Under the pieces are notes generated by a model that made no database searches, was not told where the DNA came from, and saw only the letters and a program-made list of their open reading frames with translations. The translations under genes were made by a program, and so were the position numbers. A DNA stretch of 64,000 nucleotides from Kiritimatiellia bacterium (GTDB lineage Bacteria; Verrucomicrobiota; Kiritimatiellia; PWTM01): contig JAOACR010000014.1 in NCBI GenBank assembly GCA_026417735.1, positions 70,829-134,828 on the forward strand, read 5' to 3'. Positions 54,888-64,000 of the stretch are shown in pieces (the stretch's first letter is position 1; the number at the start of each line of letters is the position of its first letter).

Positions 54888-55033
54888 ACACCCGGATAGA
54901 TGGTCGTACGACGAGCGCGCCGACCGGGCGGGACGGCAAAGGCACGAGCCGTCCGATCGCCGAGAGCCACCTGCCTCTGCACCACGTTGCTTCGCTCCCC
55001 TGCGCTGCGCATACTGAGCACAGGTCAGCTCCG

Positions 55034-56473
55034 ATGCGGATGACCGGCCAAGTTCCCGCTCACGTCTCCCGCGGACCCGCACGCCGGTGGTCCGCGGTGT
55101 GGGTGCTGGTCAGCGCAGCGCTGCCCGCGGCGGGCGCATCCGGCGTCGCTCCGCTCACGCTGGATGAGGCGATTGCGACCGCGCTTGCGCATAACCGCAC
55201 GCTCGCCGTCGGCCAGCTGCAGGTGATGCGCCGCGCGCTCGACGTGGAAGCTGCGCAGCGACAGTTCGATCCGACCGCCTCCCCGATGGCTCAGGGCCTG
55301 GGGCTGGGTTCGGACCGACAGTGGACGCTCGGGTTCCAGATCGTTCAGCCCACCCGGGTCGGTACGCGTCTGAACGCATCCGCAGCCGTCATCGAGCGCG
55401 AGGGAACGGGCGCCAGCGAGCGCACCGTCTCGATCGGTGTCGAACAACCGCTCTTCCGCCGATTCGGTCGGGAGGTGCACGAGGCGGCGCTGGCGGAGGG
55501 CCGTGAACAGTACGCGGCGGAGCGACGGCACTGGGAACAGCAGCGCGCAGATCTGGTGCTCCGACTGATCGAATGCATCGAGGTGCTCGTGCGGCTGGAG
55601 GCACAGATCGGTCTCGAGCGCGAACGTGCCGAGCGGTTGAGCGACCTGGTGCGGCTGGTCCGACTGCGCGAACGGCAGGGACGCTCGACGCTGGCGGACG
55701 TGATCCGGATGGAACAGTCGCTCGAGGAGGCCCGGGCGCGCATCGCCGAACTTGACGAGCGGCGGGAGGCGCGGCGCCGAGAGCTTTCCGATCTGCTCGG
55801 CGTACCGCTGTCCCCAGACCGGCCGTTGGAGCCGCCGCCGAGACTGGACGCACCCCTTCCGACGCCGGAGCTTGCCGTCGCGATCGCGATCTCCAACCGT
55901 CTTGACCTCGCCCAAGCCGAGGCCGACGCCGATGCCGCACGCCGTCGCGGCCGGCTCGCGCAGCGCCGGGTTTGGCCCGATGTTTCGCTGAGCGTTTCGC
56001 TGCGCCGCACGCTTTACGAGCTGGACGCGGGCGCGATCGGCGAGGACGAACGAACCGACTGGTTCGCCGGTTTTGCGGTGGACGGTTTTCCCTGGCGCGC
56101 CGCGGATCGTATCGCGCGCCGTCAGGCCGTGCTGGATGAGATCGCCGCGGACGAGGCGGTGGCAATGCGTCGCGATGCGATTGCGAGGCAGGTGCTGGAC
56201 GCGCTCGCCTTCTGCCGACGCGCGGAGACGGAGGCGGCGATCGCCGCACGCAGTCGGGAACTGGCCGAGGCCCAGTTGAGGCTTGTGCGCCGGCTTTACG
56301 AACTTGGTCGGGGTGATGCGTTCGCACTGTCGGACGGCGAAACGCGCTATGCGGCCGCCACGCAGCGAGCGGTGGAAACGGCGTCCACCGCCCGACTGGC
56401 GGCCTACGCGCTGCGCCACACGCTGGGGACGCTCGTCGAGCACCCCGCCGAACTGAAACCGGAGCGCCGCTGA
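55034..56473 (+). CDS. TolC-family outer membrane efflux protein
   Basis: The ATG at 55034 gives a signal peptide (RWSAVWVLVSAALPAAGASG). TolC hallmarks: LTLDEAIATALAHNRTLAVGQLQV and two coiled-coil/beta repeats. The ORF is open from 54623. Confidence 0.75.
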   Translation: MRMTGQVPAHVSRGPARRWSAVWVLVSAALPAAGASGVAPLTLDEAIATALAHNRTLAVGQLQVMRRALDVEAAQRQFDPTASPMAQGLGLGSDRQWTLGFQIVQPTRVGTRLNASAAVIEREGTGASERTVSIGVEQPLFRRFGREVHEAALAEGREQYAAERRHWEQQRADLVLRLIECIEVLVRLEAQIGLERERAERLSDLVRLVRLRERQGRSTLADVIRMEQSLEEARARIAELDERREARRRELSDLLGVPLSPDRPLEPPPRLDAPLPTPELAVAIAISNRLDLAQAEADADAARRRGRLAQRRVWPDVSLSVSLRRTLYELDAGAIGEDERTDWFAGFAVDGFPWRAADRIARRQAVLDEIAADEAVAMRRDAIARQVLDALAFCRRAETEAAIAARSRELAEAQLRLVRRLYELGRGDAFALSDGETRYAAATQRAVETASTARLAAYALRHTLGTLVEHPAELKPERR

Positions 56474-56476
56474 GCG

Positions 56477-57706
56477 ATGGTGCGTCGCGTCATCTTTGGG
56501 GTGCTCGCGGCGGTGGCGGCCGTCAGCGGGCTGCGCCTGTGGTTGCGCCTGCCTGGCGCGGGCGCCTCCCGGCCGGCGCCCCTGGCGGACACCGCGACCG
56601 TCGCAGAGGAAAGGTTCGAACTCTGGGTGCCGTTGGAGGGGCGGCTGGCCGCCCGGCGCGTGGTTTCCATCGCATCACGTCTGCCCGGAGGTGCGACGAT
56701 CGTCGAGCTGGTGCCGGACGGTGCGCGCGTGCGCGCCGGTGACCTGCTCGTAAAGTTCGACAGTTTTTCGGTCGAGGCCGACCTCGCACGGGCGGAGCGG
56801 GAATGTGCGGCCGCGGAGCGGGAACTGCGATTGTTGGAAACCGTCACGTTGCCGGCGGAGCTGCGCGAGACGGAGCTAGCGGTGGAACAGCTACGCGATG
56901 AGCTGGCGACGGCGACCCGCAACCGCGACGACACCGCCGAACTGGCGCGCGAACAGCTGGCGTCGGCCGGCGAGGTGGAGCGGGAAAACCGGCGGGTGGA
57001 GGCGCTTCGCCGTCAGCTTGTCCACGCGGAGTGGAAGCTGGCGCTGGCGCGCGACCACTCGCACCCACTGCGGCTGGCCGACGCACGCGACAAGCTCCGC
57101 GCACTGGAGTCCGAGCGAAACCGGCTTCGCGATCAGCTCGCGATGTGTACCGTCACCGCACCCTGCGACGGCGAGGTCGTTCACCTGCCGGTCACCGTCG
57201 GCACGGAGCTGCGCACCGTTCGCGTGGGCGACACCGTCTACCGCAACCAAGAATTTCTGTGCATCCCGGATCCCGCCGAATGGGTGGTGCGCTGCGAGGT
57301 GGCCGAGCCGGATCTTCCACGCGTGCGGCCGGGGCGCGCTGTGCGCGCAACGTTTCCCGCGTGGCCGGAGTTGACGCTGACCGGCGAGGTCGAGTCGGTG
57401 TCGGCGATGGCGCAGCCCGCGGCGGGCGCCGCGGGCCGCCGCGTGTTCCCGGCGATCATCCGGCTCGACGGCGGCCGGCCGGAGCTTCGCAGCGGGCTGA
57501 GCGTGCGCGTTGCAGTGCTGGCGGAGCTGCGCGAATGCGCCCGGGTCATCCCGCGCGCAGCGGTCCGCTGGGAACGCGGACAGCCCTACTGCCGGCTGGT
57601 CACCACGGGAGGGACGCGGCGGCAGCCGATCGTGCTGGGGCCGGCCGATGATGAACGCGCGGTGGTGCTGGACGGGCTCTCGCCGGGGGACCGCATCCTG
57701 TGGTGA
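56477..57706 (+). CDS. HlyD-family periplasmic adaptor (membrane fusion protein)
   Basis: N-terminal TM anchor, lipoyl/beta-barrel segments (GATIVELVPDGARVRAGDLLVKFD), long coiled-coil hairpin, C-terminal MP domain. Confidence 0.8.
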   Translation: MVRRVIFGVLAAVAAVSGLRLWLRLPGAGASRPAPLADTATVAEERFELWVPLEGRLAARRVVSIASRLPGGATIVELVPDGARVRAGDLLVKFDSFSVEADLARAERECAAAERELRLLETVTLPAELRETELAVEQLRDELATATRNRDDTAELAREQLASAGEVERENRRVEALRRQLVHAEWKLALARDHSHPLRLADARDKLRALESERNRLRDQLAMCTVTAPCDGEVVHLPVTVGTELRTVRVGDTVYRNQEFLCIPDPAEWVVRCEVAEPDLPRVRPGRAVRATFPAWPELTLTGEVESVSAMAQPAAGAAGRRVFPAIIRLDGGRPELRSGLSVRVAVLAELRECARVIPRAAVRWERGQPYCRLVTTGGTRRQPIVLGPADDERAVVLDGLSPGDRILW

Positions 57707-58385
57707 GCGCCGCGGTGCTTCGCTGTGCGGGCGTCGCGAAATCGTTCGGTGCGGGCGAGCATCGCGTCACGGTGCTGCACGATCTCTCGTTTGAGGTGCA
57801 CCGCGGCGAGATGGTCGCGATCGCGGGCCCGTCGGGCGCGGGTAAGACCACGCTGTTGCATCTGGCCGCGCTGCTCGACGTACCGGACCGTGGCGACATC
57901 GAGATTGAGGGGCGTCCCACGCGCCACTGCGCCGAGCGGGAGCGGGCAGCGCTGCGCGCCGGCCGCATCGGGATCATCTTTCAGCGATTTCATCTGCTCC
58001 CGCACCGCAGCGCCCTCGAGAACGTCGTGTTCCGATTCCGTTACACCGCGACGCCCTTGAGCGAGGCGCGCCGCCGGGCCGCCGAGCTGCTCGAACGCAT
58101 CGGCCTAGCGCCGTCGGCGCGGACGCCCGCCCGGCTGCTGTCCGGAGGAGAAATGCAGCGCGTCGCGATCGCGCGCGCGCTGGTGCTGCGGCCCGCACTG
58201 CTGCTGGCCGACGAGCCGACCGGTAACCTCGACCCCGGCGCGGCCGCCCGCGTGATCGCGCTGCTGGACGAAGCGCGGCGCGACGGCGCCGCCGTGCTGC
58301 TGGCGACCCACAATCCCGGCTGGTTACCTCGTTGCGACCGCGTGATTCGGTTGCCGGAGAGCGCCGCACCGGACCGCGCACCGAC

Positions 58386-58389
<4 letters not shown>
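57700..58389 (+). CDS. ABC transporter ATP-binding protein (MacB/LolD-type, stand-alone)
   Basis: Walker A (GPSGAGKTT), signature (LSGGEMQRVAIARAL), Walker B (LLLADEPTGNLD). Confidence 0.9.
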
Positions 58390-60679
<2,290 letters not shown>

Positions 60680-60755
60680 GCCCGCCTCCTCTCCGCCGCC
60701 CGGCCGCCCGCACCGCCGCGCTGAAAAGCGGTGATGCTCCGCGGTACGAGGCGAC

Positions 60756-61598
60756 ATGGTGCGACGTGGCGGATTTCTGATTTGGATTGTGCTGCTGGCG
60801 GCGCTGCTGGCGATCGTGAACCTTCCGATGCCGGCCGCCCGCGCGGTGAAGGCGGGCGTCCGCGAGTTCCTTGCGCCGCTCCACGCGCTGATCGCCCGCA
60901 CGTCGGTGCACCTGCGGGAATCGCTGAGCGCAATCCGCGGCATCGGCGGCCTTGCGGCGGAAAACCGGGCGCTGCAGGAGGAGATGCTGCGGCTGCGCCT
61001 CGAGATGCGCGCGCTGCAGGCGGCCGCCGCCGAGAACGCGGAGCTGCGCGAACTGGTGGGGTTCCGCCAGCGCGCCGGTCACCGCCTCGTCGCCGCGGAA
61101 GTGATCGCGCGGGAAAGCAGCGGCTGGTGGCAGTCGTTACGGCTCGATCGCGGCCGTCGCGACGGTCTGCGGCCGGATCTGCCGGTCGTCACGCCAGATG
61201 GCATCGTCGGCCGAATCCTGGATGTTTCCGACCACACCGCAGACGTGCTGCTGATCAGCGACCCGAGTTGCCGCGTTTCGGTGCGACTGCCGCGCACCGA
61301 TTCCCACGGCGTTCTGCGCGGCACCGGCATGCGATGGGACGGCCAGATCGTCTGCCGCGTGGACTTCCTTCATCCCCGCCACACGATCCGCCCGGGCGAC
61401 GAGGTGGTGACGTCCGGTCTGGGCGGCGTATTTCCTCCGAACCTGCCCGTGGGCACGGTGCTGTCCGCTCAGCGGGACGCCTCCGGCCTCTATCGCCAAG
61501 CGGAGGTGCTGCCCCGCGCGGACCTCGGGCGAATCCGGCGCGCATTCGTCCTGACCGACGGTTCCTCACCGCCGGCGAAGGAGGGACGACACCCGTGA
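60756..61598 (+). CDS. mreC: Rod-shape-determining protein MreC
   Basis: N-terminal TM, coiled coil (ENRALQEEMLRLRLEMRALQAAAAENAELRE), beta-domain (VVTPDGIVGRILDVSDHTADVLLISD, VVTSGLGGVFPPNLPVGTV). Confidence 0.85.
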   Translation: MVRRGGFLIWIVLLAALLAIVNLPMPAARAVKAGVREFLAPLHALIARTSVHLRESLSAIRGIGGLAAENRALQEEMLRLRLEMRALQAAAAENAELRELVGFRQRAGHRLVAAEVIARESSGWWQSLRLDRGRRDGLRPDLPVVTPDGIVGRILDVSDHTADVLLISDPSCRVSVRLPRTDSHGVLRGTGMRWDGQIVCRVDFLHPRHTIRPGDEVVTSGLGGVFPPNLPVGTVLSAQRDASGLYRQAEVLPRADLGRIRRAFVLTDGSSPPAKEGRHP

Positions 61599-62098
61599 GC
61601 ACGGCCGGCGCCTTGCTCTTGCTGTTTGCGGGCGGTGTGCTGCAGGCGGTGATGCCCGCGCCGGCGATGGCCGGCCAAACGCCCATCCCGCTGCTCGTCG
61701 CGCTCGTCGTGCACTACGCGCTCACTCGACGCCGACCGTTCGCCTTGGCGGTCGCGGTCGCCGCCGGGCTGGTGCAGGACGCGCTCGGCCTCGTCCCGCT
61801 GGGCGTCTCCTCCGCCGCCTTCGCGGTGGTCGCGTTGCTGGCCGGACGCTACCGGGAAGAGGTGTTCGAGTTTCGCACCGCCACGCACGTCGCGATCGGC
61901 GCAATTGCAGCCCCCGCGGCGACGCTGCTGACTGCACTGCTGCTCGCCGCGCTGGGCCAGCTTTCCGTCGGGAGCCTCCAAGTGCTGTTGAAACTGGCCG
62001 GTGCGGCAGTGCTTGGCGCGTTCGTCACGCCGGTCGTCGCGGAATCGGCCGCGCGGTTCGAGCGTCACATCGGCGCATCACCGGAGGGTCGGCGATGA
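61595..62098 (+). CDS. mreD: Rod-shape-determining protein MreD
   Basis: GTG start overlaps the mreC stop. Small polytopic membrane protein (five hydrophobic segments) in the expected mreC-mrdA position. Confidence 0.7.
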   Translation: MSTAGALLLLFAGGVLQAVMPAPAMAGQTPIPLLVALVVHYALTRRRPFALAVAVAAGLVQDALGLVPLGVSSAAFAVVALLAGRYREEVFEFRTATHVAIGAIAAPAATLLTALLLAALGQLSVGSLQVLLKLAGAAVLGAFVTPVVAESAARFERHIGASPEGRR

Positions 62099-63930
62099 CG
62101 CGTGCGCGGCGGCCGCTGGACTGGGAACTGGCGCGGATCCGCGCACTGCTGGTGCTCGCGCTGTTGGCACTCGGCACGATCGAGGTCGCGCTGTGGCGGC
62201 TGCAGGTCAGCCGCGGCCAGAACTATCGGCGCGACCTCGCCCGACAGAGCGTGCGACGAGTCCGCGTCCCCGGCCCCCGCGGCTGCATCTACGACCGTCA
62301 CGGCCGACTGCTCGCCGACAACCGACCCTCCTATGGGTTGGTCTTGTACCTGGAGGAGCTGCGCCCCCGCCGACGCGGTGAGCCGCTCATTCCGCGGATC
62401 CTCGGAACACTGGACGAGGTCGCCGCGGTGATCGGCCTGCCGCCCCAGGTGGACACGAACGATCTGCGCGCCCACATCCGGCGCCGCCTCCCGCTGCCAC
62501 TGCCGGCCTGGCGCGATTTACCCGAGGCCGCGATCGCGCGCTGGGCGGAGATGGGTGGCCGGATCGGCGGTGCGGACTTGAGTGTCGAGCCTGTCCGCGT
62601 CTACCCCGCCGGCACCAACGCCTGCCACGTGATCGGCTACGTCAGCCGCGCCGACCTCAGCACGCTTGAGGAAGAGCCGTACCACTACCACCTTTCTGAC
62701 ATGGCGGGTGCCGCCGGTATCGAAAAGGTATACGACTCGTTGCTGCGCGGCCGCGCAGGCGTTCGACTGGTCCGGGTGGACGCGGCCGGCTACCGCTATC
62801 AGGATCTCGGCGGCACCGAACCGGTGCCCGGCGCTGACCTCCGGCTGACGCTCGACCTCGATCTGCAAGCGGCCGCCGAGTCCGCGTTGGGCGAGCACCA
62901 CGGCGCGCTCGTGGCACTCGATCCGTCCGATGGCGCGATCCTCGCGATGGCCAGCCGGCCGGCTTACGACCCCGGCTCGTTCGTGCCCGCGATTTCCGAG
63001 GCCGATTGGGAGCGGCTGCAACAGGATCCGGCGCGGCCGCTGTTCAACCGCGCGGTCGCCGCTGCCTACGCGCCCGGCAGCACGTTCAAACCCATCGTCG
63101 CGATCGCAGCACTGCAACACGGACGGATCTCCCCCGCCACCGTCTTCCGTTGTTCCGGTGCGCTCACGCTCGGCAATGCGCGGTTCCGTTGTTGGGACAC
63201 GCTCGGCCATGGCGCGCTGGACCTCGCCGGAGCGATCCGCTACTCCTGCAACGTCTATTTCTTTCACGCGGGCCTCGCGACTGGGCCGGATGCGATCGCC
63301 ACCACCGCCCGGGCTGTCGGTCTCGGTCGGCCCACGGAGGTGGACCTCGATCAGGAGGCGGCAGGCCTGGTTCCGGATCCAGCCTGGAAGCGCCGCGCCT
63401 GGCGTGACGCCTGGCGTGACGGCGATACCTGCAACCTTTCCATCGGACAGGGGCCGATCACCGCAACGCCGCTGCAGATGGCGGTCGTTGCGGCTGCGCT
63501 CGCGAACGGTGGTCATCGGGTGACGCCGCATCTGCTGCTCGCGGTGCGACCGGCCGGCACCGACGAGTTCCAGCCCTCGCCGGTGCGCCCGCGGCAATCG
63601 CTGGGCTGGCCGGCGGGCGCGCTGGAGGCGGTGCGGCGCGGCATGCGCGACGTGGTGATGGCGGAGGATGGAACCGGTCGCCGCATGCGCGTCGCGGGCA
63701 TGGAGCTGGCGGGAAAAACGGGCACCGCGGAGTACGGTCCCAAACGCGAGGGTCGTAAGCGCGGGTGGATGATTGCGTTCGGGCCGCTGCCCCGGCCGTC
63801 CCTGGCGGTGGCGATGGTGGTGGAGGACGCCGTCAGTGGCGGCACGACGGTGGCCCCGCGTCTGCAGCAGTTCTTTGCCGCGGCGCTCGCGCGTTCGGCG
63901 CCCCCAAACCGGAACGGAGGGCCGCAGTGA
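62095..63930 (+). CDS. mrdA: Penicillin-binding protein 2 (peptidoglycan D,D-transpeptidase)
   Basis: N-terminal anchor, PBP dimerisation domain (RGCIYDRHGRLLADN), SxxK (STFKP), SCN (SCN), KTG (KTGTAE). Overlaps the mreD stop. Confidence 0.9.
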   Translation: MTRARRPLDWELARIRALLVLALLALGTIEVALWRLQVSRGQNYRRDLARQSVRRVRVPGPRGCIYDRHGRLLADNRPSYGLVLYLEELRPRRRGEPLIPRILGTLDEVAAVIGLPPQVDTNDLRAHIRRRLPLPLPAWRDLPEAAIARWAEMGGRIGGADLSVEPVRVYPAGTNACHVIGYVSRADLSTLEEEPYHYHLSDMAGAAGIEKVYDSLLRGRAGVRLVRVDAAGYRYQDLGGTEPVPGADLRLTLDLDLQAAAESALGEHHGALVALDPSDGAILAMASRPAYDPGSFVPAISEADWERLQQDPARPLFNRAVAAAYAPGSTFKPIVAIAALQHGRISPATVFRCSGALTLGNARFRCWDTLGHGALDLAGAIRYSCNVYFFHAGLATGPDAIATTARAVGLGRPTEVDLDQEAAGLVPDPAWKRRAWRDAWRDGDTCNLSIGQGPITATPLQMAVVAAALANGGHRVTPHLLLAVRPAGTDEFQPSPVRPRQSLGWPAGALEAVRRGMRDVVMAEDGTGRRMRVAGMELAGKTGTAEYGPKREGRKRGWMIAFGPLPRPSLAVAMVVEDAVSGGTTVAPRLQQFFAAALARSAPPNRNGGPQ

Positions 63931-64000
63931 GATCGCTGCCGCTCCAACGCGCCCTTCGCCGTTGCGATCCGCTGCTGGCCGGCGCCGCACTCGGCCTGGT
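63927..64000 (+). CDS. rodA: Probable RodA/FtsW-family SEDS protein; only the first ~24 codons are in the window
   Basis: GTG overlaps the mrdA stop (GTGA). N-terminus VRSLPLQRALRRCDPLLAGAALGL in the canonical position after mrdA. Confidence 0.45.
   Translation, partial: MRSLPLQRALRRCDPLLAGAALGL

Noticed and set aside
54987-55015. Putative TolC promoter TTGCTT-17-CATACT
   Set aside because: Only a moderate match, and it would leave a 12-nt leader with no Shine-Dalgarno sequence. Too weak to annotate without TSS data.

Overview
This is a high-GC (~70%) window of a Gram-negative-type chromosome, densely packed with housekeeping and envelope genes; the envelope markers include Mla transport, an LpxL-type acyltransferase, a TolC-like protein, lipoproteins and Tat-signal oxidoreductases. 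No rRNA or tRNA genes, CRISPR arrays or mobile elements were recognised.

Gene content in order along the window:
- prfB (5'-truncated), trpC, a hexapeptide-repeat protein, a Trp/Pro-rich tandem-repeat secreted protein, and mlaE-mlaF-mlaD.
- A PAS/GAF sensor histidine kinase, a ROK sugar kinase, and an SDR oxidoreductase.
- A minus-strand electron-transfer cluster: pyruvate:ferredoxin oxidoreductase (PFOR), a dihydroorotate-dehydrogenase-like protein, a ferredoxin and an LpxL-family acyltransferase.
- A minus-strand sulfur amino-acid operon headed by an Rrf2 regulator: rrf2-metY-osmC-CBS-CGL-cysK.
- grpE-dnaJ-rsmE, a hybrid histidine kinase, a secreted AGE-family protein with a coiled-coil lipoprotein, and dnaG.
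- Pyruvate carboxylase with birA.
- A pair of divergent Tat-signal Gfo/Idh/MocA oxidoreductases, rfbD-rfbB, and a YfhO-like membrane protein.
- A TolC-MFP-split ABC exporter, then mreBCD-mrdA-rodA (rodA truncated at the window end).

The most unusual locus is a tightly linked plus-strand module (38.9-47.3 kb) that matches no characterised system I recognise. It contains:
- a lipoprotein with a CsgG/LpoB-like domain and six FN3 repeats;
- a 1186-aa low-complexity protein with an N-terminal hydrophobic anchor and four C-terminal tandem zinc ribbons;
- a small membrane-anchored coiled-coil protein;
- a second CsgG/LpoB/FlgT-N-like secreted protein;
- a secreted helical protein with a C-terminal glycine zipper.

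A candidate ~65-nt sRNA with a near-consensus promoter and an intrinsic terminator sits in the PFOR/cysK intergenic region.
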